DNA of 64,000 bases from Octopus sinensis (Eukaryota), in contig NC_043004.1 in assembly GCF_006345805.1 (NCBI RefSeq), positions 16,120,001 through 16,184,000 on the forward strand, given 5' to 3'. Made by a program: the position numbers and the translations under genes. Below the pieces are notes generated by a model. It ran no database searches, was not told where the DNA came from, and saw only the letters and a list, made by a program, of their open reading frames with translations. Positions 1 to 14,011 of the stretch are shown in pieces (the stretch's first letter is position 1; every line of letters begins with the position of its first letter).

Positions 1-9
1 TATGTATGT

Positions 10-40
<31 letters not shown>

Positions 41-91
41 GTATGTATGTATATATATATATAATGTATATATATATATGTATATGTATAC

Positions 92-128
<37 letters not shown>

Positions 129-146
129 GTATGTATATATATGTAT

Positions 147-187
<41 letters not shown>

Positions 188-465
188 TATATACGTATAC
201 ACAAACATGTATGTACAGAAATATACACAATATACATACACACATATATATATATATTTGTGCATATGCGTGTGTGTATACGTTTAATTATACACTTATG
301 TGTGTGTGTCTGTGTATGTGTGTGTGAGTGCGTGTATATATATGTGTGTGTATGTATGTATATGAATATATATATATCCTTATATATATATGCAATTATA
401 TAGTGTGTGTACACACATATATATATATACATATATGCATACACACAGACGCTCACACAGACGTA
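1..465. repeat. Compound (TA)n/(TG)n microsatellite
   Basis: Directly visible dinucleotide runs; the overlapping YIYI ORFs are artefacts. Confidence 0.95.
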
Positions 466-1630
466 TTTCTACACCGAGCTAGACAGAGACCTATAGCTTG
501 TATAGACTTACTCTTCTAATTTTTATATTATCCTACCCCGACGCCAGAACGTTTATTCGTTCGTATGTGGCAATGTTAAAAAATAAAAATTACACATCAT
601 ATAAAGAAACGTACTCATGCTACCAATGGAATAGCTTTCCTTTATTCCCCATTTTACTGAATAATACTTAGCAAGTAATCGAAGATCTGCTTCAGTTGAA
701 AAAAAATGATAACCAAACAAAATGCATATTATGTAGGAAAAATAAATGGCTATCTTATAATCCAAAGTGAATCTCCCATTGTTCTGCTTATATAATCTAA
801 ATACCATTAGGCAAGAATCGGAATTATACTTGTTACATTTGTATTTATTTCCTTCTCGGTTCTCTATAAAACGTTTGCTCCAGACATCGGAAATATTACG
901 CGTATAAAATAATAGGTTGATATTTTATAGAAACGGGCTACTTTTTTTCTGTGTTCTAATAACATTGAAACTCGTGAAAATTTAGATAGTTTCCTAAGAA
1001 ATACTTTATTTCTTTTTATTTTTATTATGGGGAGGAATAATATCTTATAAAAATATTTTATTTACTGGTCGGTCTATATATCAGAACACACTGAGAATTG
1101 TAGTCGGCAGAACTTACATTATATACTAAAACTTAGTCTAAAATCTTATTTGAAACCTATCTCTCCAGTAGGCTGAAAACTGTTATTCGAATAATTAAGG
1201 AATATCTCAAATATTTAATATAATGAATTGAAAACCTTAAAGGTGTGATATTATCATTTTTTAGTATATATTTTCCTTTTCCTGGTGTTTAGACTCTACA
1301 AACAACAAACTAGATTAAGTCAACACGTAAATGCCTCACATATATAAATCATATATATATATATATATCATTTGAACGACATCGATTAACTAAGATTAAC
1401 TTATCATCGAGATATCTAGATATCTGTCTTTTGCTGCTTTCTTTATATTCACAATCAATGCAACTGTACTTGATCACTTCTAAGTCTCCCTGCCAATGAA
1501 AGAAATATCATTTAACGATCAGCTTCAAAAAGAAAGCCCACACATATTTACCTCTTTATTCTTTTCCAAATCTGTTAGATAAGAGTAATTGGCTTATAAA
1601 TACGTGTACATACAAATTTATATGTATATA

Positions 1631-1672
<42 letters not shown>

Positions 1673-2265
1673 TATATATATATATAGGCACAAGTACACA
1701 CACATTTGTATTAGTACGAGTGCATCTATGTCAACAAATGTGAGTACATATACTTACCTGTGTAAAGGCGATAGAGTGACAGAAAAAGCGAATGGAAGAT
1801 TGTCCTCTCGGGAAACTCAGAATTGGTAAGCTATCAGACTTGGACGTTTTGCAACTTTATTTGAGATTCTGTGTTCTGAAGGCAAGGCAAAAGTATCCAC
1901 CTTCCAAGGCATGTGTCCTCTTGCCTTTCTATGAATCAACATCTGTCATGAAATGATACACATAAATTTCATTATTGTGGAATAATGATATAGAATATCA
2001 ATAATATTCAAATCTGCACGGCAAATATGTTACATCTCCAGTCATATTAGTGTTCGATTGCAAAGACATATAATATATTTCCTTTGACGTATCCAGTGCT
2101 ATAGCAATGGTAATTTTTGTGTTGCTTAACGAGGCAAAGATATTTCTGATTCGAAACATATTCTGAATGTCTCTCTCTCCTTCTCTCTCTCTCCTTCTCT
2201 CTCTCCTCCTTCTCTTTCTCTTCTCTCTCTCCTTCTCTTTCTCTCTCTCTCTCTACTCCTTCTCT

Positions 2266-2296
<31 letters not shown>

Positions 2297-2769
2297 ATAT
2301 ATATATCTATATATATATATATATATAAATGTATTATATATATATATATATTTGTATATGTATGTATGTACTTGCATAGCAAGTGATTTGATCTGAGCGT
2401 CGGATATTAAAACACCTGACCATCATATTGATGGATATCAATATTTGGCCATTCTTGTGGTTTATCAACATCAGGTTCTTGTATTAAATCGGAGGCTAAC
2501 TGAATCGCCAATCTATGAGTAAAGCGAAATTGTATAAAACACATTTGCTGGTACGCCACGACAATGCATATGTAAGATTTGGTGGGAATTACCCCGCCTT
2601 TCTATGATTTTCAGGAGTTTTATCATCCGACGCTTGAAAGGAGTAAATCCCATTGGTCTAATGCAGCTTGGGGGCTAGCTGTCACAGAAAGCATACTGAG
2701 TGTGTGCCATCAAAAATGTCTAGAACACCAGCCATACCACTGCCCCTATATATATATATATATATATAT

Positions 2770-2822
<53 letters not shown>

Positions 2823-3129
2823 ATATATATATATGAACAATTCCGTGATAGAAACACCAACGAAAAAGGAGCCCACATGGTAAGAGATAAATATTTTTTA
2901 TTTAAAGGGACCCATGCATGTCTTTAAGTGCTACTATTAGTTTCATGTGTTCATCATATTCATATCCATCAGGTACAACCCACATATCATAACGAACTAA
3001 AAAAAAATTGAATAAGAAGGGCGATAAAGCTGAGAAAGCTGCATATAGAAAACGCCGAAGTTTAAAATAAAAAACGGAAAAATAAAATATAAAAAAGTAA
3101 AAGGTTTATCCTCCTTACACCTTAAATTA

Positions 3130-3524
3130 CAAGCTGGAATGATAACAAGTTAATCAGGTATAGGCGGAATTTTCCAATTCTTCAAAATATATGTATATGT
3201 ATGTTTGTAACTACTTGAAATTTCAGATTTAAAGTTCGGCAGAGAATTTGGGATCTTAGATCTCAAAGGATCTGAGCTCTTTCAGTTAAATATAGTCTAC
3301 ATTTATTTGATCTATCAACGTAAGGTGTGGGTGTTTCTCAGTTATTTTGCACATATATGGCTAGCCAATTTAGTAGCTTTGATTTTGTCCTAATTTCGGA
3401 AAAAGGCTATCTAATTGATATTGCGATTTTTAAATTCTCGTTCACATAAACCAGTATAGCTCTTTTTACCTGTTGTATTATCATTTAGCGTTACAGTAAC
3501 TTCGGCCTCATATACGACAGATTT
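3130..3524 (-). pseudogene. Decayed GIY-YIG endonuclease of a Penelope-like element
   Basis: Manual minus-strand translation KSVVYEAEVTVTLNDNTTGKKSYTGLCEREFKNR...ATKLASHI...TCYH has stops but parallels VVYRAKV...KTYTGASENSFKTRF...TSLAKYVW...CRH at 55.9-57.0 kb; not in the ORF track. Confidence 0.7.
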
Positions 3525-3989
3525 AATCATATAGAGTTGTTAAAGTCGACAGGATCCTGGGTCGCGATAGTTACAACTGGACTTAGGCTCTTAGATTTCG
3601 TGTAATGATATTCTTCATATAGAAGCAGTTATATGTAATTATCATATAGCAGCAGCTATATGATAATTTCAAAGAACACCTGTGAAATATATTCCTGTAT
3701 ATGTGAGATGCTGCAAAGTTTTTGCCTAGGGGAGACAAGAATTTTTACCTATGTTGGGTTTATATTAAGGGAAGAGGAAGGGGTGAGCCAATATATACAT
3801 ATACATACAGACACACACATATATATACATACGCACGTCCAGAACAATCTTACGCACTAATACTCTCTCATACACACACACACACACACACACACCCTTA
3901 TACATACTAATACATACACCAACCCTATACATACACACATCCAGACCCCTCCCACGCACTTTTAGCTGTCTCTCAACCCCTTTATCAAC

Positions 3990-4262
3990 CTATTATCTCC
4001 CCTTATTTCGCTCTCACGTCTCATGTTTGATCTTGACCTATGGCCGAAATCAGATCGCCATGTTGATTCGTTAGCTACTGCACGCATTATTTTTCTCTCC
4101 TTCTTTCTGTGTTTTTCTCTCTCTGTGTATCTTTCTGTTGAAGAGCGTAGGCTCGAAACGTTAAAGACTTGTTTTATGTATTTCCTGAGCGCCATACTAA
4201 TACAATTGTTCGTTGTTTTCCACCTGCCTTCGTCTTTTGTTTATTTTCATAAAGCTTCCCGT
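3990..4262 (+). mobile_element. PLE terminal (pseudo-LTR) fragment ending in (TA)n
   Basis: Contains a hammerhead-like motif followed about 20 nt later by TTTCCTGAGCG, a layout shared with 39.6, 53.3 and 63.7 kb; abuts a TA tract. Confidence 0.6.
4130..4167 (+). ncRNA. Minimal type I hammerhead-like motif (A6 mutated)
   Basis: TCTTT-CTGTTGA-A-GAGC(GTAG)GCTC-GAAA-CG-TT-AAAGA: 5-bp helix I, 4-bp helix II, palindromic ACGT helix III, GUU site. Confidence 0.6.
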
Positions 4263-4479
4263 TATATATATATATACATACATATATACATACATATCAG
4301 ACATGCATATATATATATATGTATCTATATATATATATATATTATGTATGTATATGTATGTTTTACATACATGTATATATACATGTATGTTTTTTACGTT
4401 TTATATGCATAATTCTCACCAAGCTAATTTTGAGGTTTCAAGGAACAATATTCTGTTACGTACCAGAATTTAGTTTACA

Positions 4480-5090
4480 AAATTTTAACTTCATTTCTAA
4501 CACTCTTCATTTCCAGGTGTTCTCATTCATTCGGAAAGTTATATCTTTCTGAAATTAAATTCTTACCTATTTTGCAATAGAATTTCAATCGTGTGTCTCA
4601 TTTCTAATTTTTCGCACGTCTCTCGAAATACAAACCACCATGTAACTCTTTCTCCGAAAATTCTTCGCCTCCATTGCCCATGTAGCAAATTCAAATTTGT
4701 TTGCGTGGCATTCTTTAGACACTTTTTGCAAGTTTAGTAACCTTATGCATAAAATTTGGTTCCATATTTTCCCCACTCAACATAACTTGCAATATAATAT
4801 TATATATTCAACGACCCCGATGTGATCGATCTTTTCATAACCTTGTTTCCACTTTTGAAAAGGTGCAGAATTATATATATATCCATATAATCTTTTGATA
4901 TACAGCTGTTGCATTGCCAATTCTATGACACTTCACAAACACGGTTCTTCAAGAATTCTCTTCTCACAGAGCTCATCTAAAATTCATTACCAGTTGTATT
5001 ATCTTAGTGGTTTAAACTTTTATAAATCTGAGCCCCTATTCCTGTAATGCATTACTTGTCATCGCTCAAATTCGGTCCTTATATTCAGTA
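4480..5090 (-). pseudogene. Possible C-terminal relic of an L1/Tx1-like LINE ORF2
   Basis: Frameshifted CKLC...ENMEPNFMH resembles the CCHC knuckle (CxxC...ET.EH.F..C); RKIRNE resembles the WK.RN motif. Highly degraded. Confidence 0.35.
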
Positions 5091-6742
5091 AAAACCATAT
5101 AACCATATAACACAGGGGTATGCTCTATAATCACAAATATATACTTCATATTTCAGTTTTAAAGATCGCACTGTTTCTCAAATCTATTATTTTGTTATAT
5201 GTTACTTATTTATTTTTTCCCCCATTTTCTTCCATTTCTGACAAGGCTTTTAATGGTTTTAAACATAAGGAAAAAAGCCTGTACCGTTTACACTTACATA
5301 AAATTAACATGCAGCATTTTCCTTTCCCCATTTCCTTTCACAATAAATATTCTACATTAAAATACTTTCCTTCATCGAACGTCCTTATATCTGTTATATT
5401 GTTTATATCGTTTACTCCGCATTCACATTTGTGTTAAGGAAAGCTTAAATAAAGAGCGTTTAATAAACCTTGAACTTCGTACTTTCTCTAGAGACATAAA
5501 TACCAGTAATTTACAGGAACAAATGCTGTGAATTAATAGCCTATATCAAGTGATGCTTATGTGTACACAGAACCGTTTAACATAACACAAATCCATACCA
5601 ATGTAATCTTTTAGCACGAGAGAAATACATTCCCATAGTTCGGTGAATGTAAATGTTCGTGTGATCCATGAGTTTCAATTATGTTTAATGCAATATAATT
5701 ATTACATTATAATTGGATGTTCATAATACTTTCCATATCACTTATTTTTACAATAAAATGATCCTCACTATGCTAAATGTTTCCTATTTACATCAATTGA
5801 TAATAATCTATTATCAACATTCCAGAAGCAAACGTAATCACTAAGATGAACACTCTGAAAGTGATCGTATTCGTGAATATTACCCATTCAAGCTATAAAT
5901 CATATCTAAGCACGCACGGTAATATATTATTTAGCATTCGATGCGAGAAGATAATTCCAATGTAAACTGCAATATGCAGGAAGGGATATTGTTCATAACA
6001 TTTATAAGCTATTCATAGGTAGCTTAATATTATATGCTTTTTTTATATCTTTATATTCTGTTTTCAACATTTGTAAATATATAAACTATTTTCTGTAGAT
6101 GAAAATTCAACAAGTAACCACTATCTAAAAGAATACTTAGTGAGACATTACTTATTGTAACTGTCGGCCTAAATGGATTTAGCGGACTCAAGAGTCTACT
6201 GAAGACTGGATAGTATCGCTGTTATACGTGATAATTCCTTGTACATACTCTTCTAGTTGTTATATGTAATATTTTATTCCAGAAACTAAGAGTAAAAAAA
6301 AATTTCACTATACATCGATTCGATTTTCTTCAATAGACAACATGTACCGAAATGCCATAATATAGGAGAGTTTTATCAATAGCAATAGTTTGCAATTTCA
6401 GCGATAATTGTTACATATTTAAGCATTAAAACTCTCATTGTCTGTGATGTTGTTGGGTTGTTTTCTAATCTGTAAATTGATGTCGCTTAATTAGAAGCAT
6501 TTATATTTCTTTATAAATATTTCGATTTATAAATAGGACCTATCAATTTTATCTTTGTTCGTTAAGTACTATAGGAAATGTACTATGTATGAAACTGAAA
6601 TGCAATCATCCAATCACCTAGTCTGAAGGAAAAATCAGATTTATCTTGAAATACATCATATATAGAAAACAGAATATAGAAGCAGATAAGCAGGGAAATG
6701 TAAACAAACATAGCAGAAATATCCTAAACTTGTAGTTGTTGT

Positions 6743-6743
<1 letters not shown>

Positions 6744-6783
<40 letters not shown>
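6744..6783. repeat. (GAT)n microsatellite
   Basis: Direct observation. Confidence 0.95.
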
Positions 6784-7382
6784 TTTCCGTTGTTGTGACC
6801 AAAATATCAATTACCAGTGATTATAAAAGCATCTAGTTAGTACAACATATGCGTTACAAATTTTGCACCATATTTTGTGATTTGTTAGAGATACATTTGA
6901 TATAAATAGTAGCAGGAAGTTATACCCAGTAGTCTCAAAATAGATCAAAGGTATATTTGATATATATGATATATATGTGATTAGATATATCGATGATATA
7001 TTTCATCACATGTTAGGGCTGTAACATTAATAGTCTTTCATTTTTGTAGTACAACGTTAAATGTGCAATCTAAAATTGTTCATCTCTAGATTGGAAATGA
7101 ATGGCGAATGAATGCATATAAATTTTTTCAGTTCCACTGCGTGGGACGGGCAGCAGATATTTTCACAGAGACCAATGCTTTATGAATGAAATTACTGGAC
7201 AGAAAGACAGAAAATATGTGGAAGTCTGAGTGCGAGTGCATATATTGGGGTGTGCGTGTAAATGCCTTTGTGTATATATTTGACCTCCCGACTCCGCTTG
7301 ACAGCTGATATTGCTTTGCTTACATCCACGTAAATTACCTACCTGTTCGACAAAATAATCCGACTGATTTACCAAAAAAATA

Positions 7383-8165
7383 GTGGATTTGGTAGACGGA
7401 AACTGAAAGAAGCCCGTCGTATATATGTTCATATATATATATATATAATATATATTAGAAAAATTGAGGTAACAGATCAGATGGTCATATTTGTAGATAT
7501 TATTTATATATTACATTTTTTTACATATATATCAATCATTCGGATTAGCGCTTGCCCCATTCTAGTGGGTTTTCAAATCAAATCAGTTGTGGGTAGTTTG
7601 AACCTTTTTATAGTTTCGTAGTAGTGGTTGAGGAGGAAGTGAGGCAGAGAGAAAATAGTGTGTATGTGTGTGTGTGTGTGTGTTGTGTGCGCGTGTGTGT
7701 GTGTGTGTGGCAATTTATATCTGAGAGTGAAGAAGTGTTATTTCCGTTGAAATGGACAGCCAAAGTTCTTATAAAACCACAGGGGGTCCAGCAGACCAAC
7801 GGAAATAACACTTCTTCACTCTCGATATAAATGCGCACACCAAACACACACACGCACACACACCCACACACACACACACACACATACACAAAATTTTCTC
7901 TCTGCCTCACTTCCTCCTCAACCACTACTACGAAACTATAAAGGTCCAAACTACCCACAACTGATTTGATTTGAAAACCCACTAGAATGGGAGCAAGCGC
8001 TAATCCGAATGATATGATATATATGTAAAAAATGTAATATATAATAAATATCTACAAATATGAACCATCTGATCTTATTACCTCAATTTTTCTATATATA
8101 ATACCGTACATCATCTCCAAACCTTCCGATATATATATATATATTATATATAATTATATGTGTGG

Positions 8166-8198
<33 letters not shown>

Positions 8199-8417
8199 TA
8201 TGCTTGTGTGTCTATGTTTGTCCCCCCCCCCCAATATCGCTTGACAACCGATGCTGGTATGTTTACTTTCCCGTAACTTAGTGGTTCGGTAAAAGAGACC
8301 GATAGAATACGTACTAGGCTTACAAAGAATATGTCCTGAGGTCGATTTGCTCGACTAAAAGCGGTGCTCCAGCATGGCCACAGTAAAAAGACTGAAACAA
8401 GTAAAAGAGTAAAAGAG
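7383..8417 (+). mobile_element. Octopus OK-type tRNA-derived SINE split by an insertion
   Basis: Mid-body GTGGATTTGGTAGACGGAAACTGAAAGAAGCCCGTCG at 7383-7420 and 3' half (CGCTTGACAACCGATGCTGG...GAAACAAGTAAAAGAG) at about 8190-8417; the fold-back below lies in its central microsatellite. Confidence 0.75.
7456..8129 (+). mobile_element. Fold-back PLE 3' fragment (arms 7456-7749 and 7797-8094, 47-bp spacer, 35-bp extra tail)
   Basis: Arms are reverse complements by eye. Spacer plus right arm reads WTAKVLIKPQGVQQ..*, resembling the W..L.T..P.GLN end of PLE endonucleases. Both ends in (TA)n. Confidence 0.7.
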
Positions 8418-8419
8418 AA

Positions 8420-8760
8420 CATAGCGCAGGTGTGGCTGTGTGGTAAGAAATTTGTTTTCCAGCCTCATGGTCCCTGGTTCAGTCCCACCACCTGGCACCT
8501 TGGGCCGACTAAATCCGTGAGTGGGTCTGATATAAGAAAACTGAAAGAATCCCGACATATATGTATGTACATATATATCTCTGTGTGTCTCTACGTCACT
8601 TTGCTCTCCTCCACTGCTTGATAAACTGTTATGGTGTGTTTGCGTTTCCGTAACCTACCGGTCCGGCAGAAAGGGCGAATAGAAAACATACTAGGCTTAA
8701 TAAAAAATACCTGGAACTGGTGCCCCACATGGCCGCAGTCTAGAGATTCAAACCGGCAAA
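8420..8760 (+). mobile_element. Diverged OK-type SINE
   Basis: GCGCAGGTGTGGCTGTGTGGTAAG head, GGTTCAGTCCCAC B-box region, degenerate body. Confidence 0.7.
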
Positions 8761-9255
8761 AGATAGGTACTTGGTTCGATCTGTTCGAATTAAACCATTC
8801 AAATCGGTGTTTGGCATCACAACAACGGCTGAGAGAACAGAGAAAGGACAAAATGAATCCAATTGTTCATAACAGGCTGCAATGCAAAACTGGCGGTTTT
8901 CTCACGGGATTAATTAGAGAGAGATCGTATATACATAAAGATATGATTTTGTATGCACATTTATTTATAATACATTCAACATTAATGCTGGTATAGTTTT
9001 TGATGAACCGGCAAATGTGTACTATTAAGTAAATTGTTTGTGCCATGAACAAGTGCGTTAGCATTCCAATAAGGGACTTTGCTATTACAATTTGGCAGAT
9101 CATAAAGGAAGCGTAAATTAATACAAATGAGCCTCCTGAAAGAAAACCTACTTTGCTTCCTTTTCATTTCATGTTACTGCAAAGCTATGGTCTCTATGCA
9201 CGATGAGCAATTTCACAAAGTTAACATGAGTATGCGTGTGTTTGTGCGTGTACTG

Positions 9256-9305
<50 letters not shown>

Positions 9306-9538
9306 ATATGATTGTGGTTCTCCATGAGTTTGCGCCTATCTATATATATGTAAATCATTGTTGATTAATCAGAAGTAATAATAGGAATCAGTACAAATAA
9401 AGAGTTCCGGAAGGTTCCGGAAGCTATGTGTTTCCGATCACCAGCAGGAAAACGAGCCTGGTTTCCTTTCGAAATATCAACTGCCTTAATATATTTTAAA
9501 ATAAGAAGTGAACGTTTGTTATACACACACACACACAA

Positions 9539-9596
<58 letters not shown>

Positions 9597-9640
9597 ATGC
9601 ATATATATATATATATACATATATATATGTATGTATATAA

Positions 9641-9725
<85 letters not shown>

Positions 9726-10523
9726 TATATGTGTGTGTGTAGAGATAGATAGATAGAGATGTAAAAATGTAAGATCCAAGGATCGATGTGTAGGAAGAAA
9801 GTGAGCTTCAACCAATCTGTTGAAAGTATAAGAAAAGAACTTTCTGGAACTATAGTGGTTCATTGAGGCGGAAGGTTTTGGGACTTTTTCTTTATCGAAG
9901 TACAATAAGCTGAAAAAAAATAGTAACATTTCACGGTACTGGCTAAGGTTGGCAGGTATGCGAATAAAAATCCAAGAGTTAAGGAACAGAGTTAATAAAT
10001 CCGGGCCATATATGTTTCATAGTGAGCGGAACCTCATCTGTGGTAAATATCCAAGCTAAATATATACTGCATGTTACGTTTCGAGCCAAAGATATCTTGA
10101 TTAAATGAAGTTTACATTGCCGTTAAGAAGTCCGTGTTAACACACGGTTGATTGAATCACAATGCCCTGATCGAATCTTCCTTGTATTAAAACACACACA
10201 GATACATAAACAGACACAAACACACACACACATACACAGAAGCTCTTCGGTATATCGAGCGGGCCTTTGGTAAGGGTTTTGTTGACATCAGAACTGTTAT
10301 ATGTATATATTGCAATTAATAAGAGGAATGACCACTAAAGTGGATTCGGTGATTTGACGTCTATCTCTAGCGTATAGGTATTCACTTTAGTTGTCATTCC
10401 TCTTATTAATTGTAATATAATTTTTAAATCTTCGAATTTTGTTTATTTTTTCGAATATGCCAAACCACTAGTTTTAAATTGATGTTATATCATTGATATC
10501 AATTTCTACCCTTATTATTTTAG

Positions 10524-10603
<80 letters not shown>

Positions 10604-11357
10604 GTGTGTGTGTGTGTCTGTGTGTGCGTGTGTGTGTGTGTGTGTGCGTGCGTGTATGCAGAATTGGAAATCAGAACATTAAGAGGGACTTAACGTTAAG
10701 GATTCTGCCAGTTCGGCGTCTTCAACTTTGAAAATCCAAAATATTAAAATCAAATATACATGTACCAAATATAAACATGAACATAAGTTTCGTGACAATT
10801 CCTGTTAGCCGGATACATATGTAAATTATAGTAATTTTTGTTATCAAAAGCTGATCTACGCTAATTATTTTATACGACGCATATATTTTTAGTGTCGATT
10901 GTAATGAAGTAAACTGAATTAAATGCTAAATTCCCAATAGTAATAGTAATAGAAAAAGTAAATCTTAACATGAAAAAATTAGTCTTTATGTTTATTGCTT
11001 ACCACCTTTGACTCATAGGTATATAAACACATACACATGCACAATCCGAAAAAGAAATATACGCACGCACATTATCAGTATATACACACGCACACATATA
11101 TATGCGTCTGTGTGAGTGAGTGTGTGTGTGTGTGTGTCTGTGTGTGTCTGTGTAGTCGCTCCCGAGTGGTCCAGGCAACACATAACCCAATGCTGGTTTT
11201 GCGTGGAGGATCCGTGGGTGATAAAATCATTAAAACCACCGACTCAGCTTGGCGAGTAGGATGATTTAAGGACATACATCCTGCGAGAAAAAACAGAACC
11301 CGTCAATTGGCAGATTGACTCAGGAATTTCAAATTCTATCCAATTACATGATATATC

Positions 11358-11400
<43 letters not shown>

Positions 11401-11404
<4 letters not shown>

Positions 11405-11866
11405 CATACGTAGTGTTTTTACTTTTTATATTATATATTTATCATTCATTTTATACTTTTTGAGATCTAGTTATAAGTTATAAATTTTTAAAAAATCATA
11501 TATATATATATTATTTGTTATTCTTGTATTGTTTTATGTCTATCACATAAAGATGGAATATACGAAAATTTATTATTAATCGCGACAATTGTTTCGACAC
11601 ATCTAGCAATGATCCCTCATGGGTGGGACACTCAACAACTGGTTCAGGAGCATTCGGTGGTGCAGATGTATTTCGTCGGGTGATAAATAAATACAACTCG
11701 TTAAAATAACTGTTCCGCAATGTAACTTACCGTTTTGTGAAAAGGAAAGCAACCAAACGGAGGAAATATCTTCGTTTATATAGAAGGTCAAAAACCAAAT
11801 CACAGACGGCAAAAAGAGAACCGAACATGCAATCCAGCGAGAAATATATCTATTTATCACGCGACG

Positions 11867-11924
<58 letters not shown>

Positions 11925-11990
11925 CGTACGTAGTGTTATTACTTTTTATATTATATATTTATCATTCATTTCATACTTTTTGAGATCTAG
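11401..11990. repeat. 70-bp direct repeats (11401-11470, 11921-11990), probable PLE pseudo-LTR pieces
   Basis: Both start GAAAC(A/G)TACGTAGTG right after a (TA)n tract and end TGAGATCTAG; period 520 bp. Confidence 0.75.
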
Positions 11991-12020
11991 GTATTAATTA
12001 TATATTTAAATATATATATA

Positions 12021-12430
12021 CTCTTACTCTTTTACTCTTTTACTTGTTTCAGTCATTTGACTGCGGCCATGCTGGAGCACCGCCTTTAGTCGAGCAAATC
12101 GACCCCGGGACTTTCTAAGCCCAGTACTTATTCTATCAGTCTCTTTTGCCGAACCGCTAGATGACGGGGACGTAAACACACCAGCATCGGTTGTCAAGCA
12201 ATGCTAGAGGGACAAACACAGACACACAAACATATACATACACATAAATATATATATATACATATATACGACAGGCCTCTTTCAGTTTCCGTCTGCCAAT
12301 TCCACTCACAAGGCTTTGGTCGGCCCGAGGCTATAGCAGAAGACACTTGCCCAAGATGTCACGCAGTGGGACTGAACCCAGAACCATGTGGCTGGTTAGC
12401 AAGCTACTTACCACACAGCCACTCCTGCGC
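12021..12430 (-). mobile_element. Full-length OK-type SINE
   Basis: Reverse complement of the copy at 41012-41416, from the GCGCAGGAGTGGCTGTGTGG head to the (GTAAAAGA)n tail. Confidence 0.9.
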
Positions 12431-14011
12431 ATATATATATAATGAACCAGATGTTGAGTATCTGAACCAGATGTTGAGCATGTGGAATCGATGCCAGATG
12501 TGTCGAAGCAATTGTTGTGATTAATAATGAATTCCCGTGTATTCCATCTTCCGTCTTTCATTTGTCATATATATATATATATATATATTCCTGAACCAGT
12601 GTCCCACAGCCGGACGCAGTTTAAATTAATATCATGCAATCGAAAGATAATAGTCGCTTCTCTTGGCCACAATGTTCTAGGCGTTCTCATACCGACATAA
12701 TGAATCGGAACAGGTACCGTAAAGCATTCCAGTCGGTGCTCAAACAATTCAGCCTACCTACGTTCCTGGGCCGATATTTTGCTTATTAAACCCTTAAAGG
12801 CATTTTGACCACGTTGATATCTAATAACAGAGCAAACATAACTGGTAGGCGTACTGCAATGCATTCAATCTTCTGTGCTATCCATTCTGTCAGTTTCGCC
12901 GCCTTCAATTATGTGAACATCGTTTGAATATATATATATTCACTTACAATTGTTTTTTTTTATGCTGTGTACGTAAAATATTCTATTTTCATTGCTCTAA
13001 CTCGAAACTTACTTAACTTTAATGCTTTTATATAATTTGGAAGATGTTTTTTTTTTCGCTACAGTATTAATAAATTTCTTTGAAACATTTTTCAAAAATA
13101 TGTTGAAATCACACAATATGGATGTTCATATCCCACCATAAATTTTATGCCACTCATACATCACATGTGATAGATATATATGTTATAGCTTGCAGCTTGA
13201 CTATGAAAGTAGTCATGGAAAATTACTTTTGTGCGTGATGTTTTCATAGAATTGGAAAGATTGCTTAACAGATTCTTCAATATTGTCTTGTGATTCAAAC
13301 ACATATTGAGTTTTTGTATTATTCAGTTGTTCTGCTAATGTTATAAAGTAGCTGCATTAAAATGAGCACTGTATGATTTGCATGATATACAGACAATTTA
13401 ATTTTGCAGTATTAAATACGGATGGGATAAAGAGAATCGATAGGAAATTGAATAAGAATTATTGATTTAATGACTTCAGAATCTTTCATAAATTAACTTG
13501 ATTGTGCAGACCGTAAAATCTTTACGCGATGCCGTTTCCACTACATTCTGCAGGTTTTAGTGCCACCAAAATTGACCACTTCATACGAAATGGAGATGCT
13601 GAAACAATTCATGTATCGAAAACATCAACTTCTTTATAAGCAACTAAAACACTGTGTTATATACGAATGGTTTGTTAATATTTAGTTTTTATTTTTACTT
13701 ATTTGATTAATCGACGACGGGTTATTCAAGAGCAGCTGTATATTTATAGCCATATTAAATTTTTACACGGTTAGTTGAACGCTTTGTGCTGACATAGAGG
13801 ATATGAATCTATCATAATTTTCGGAATTTAAATGCAGCTTGTTTGCGAGTTAATTGTGGAAAATAATTTGCAGATTCCATTGCTTTTCGAGAGAACAGAT
13901 GATACACTATCGCTTTACGGAAAACATACTTAGAGAAATAGTTATAAGGTAAACCAATCATGATCCGTAAGTCATATGATGAAAAACATCGAAACGAGAA
14001 TTATATATGTA

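Noticed and set aside
13520-13675. Possible exon with AG/GT boundaries
   Set aside because: No recognisable protein, weak donor, stops in two frames.
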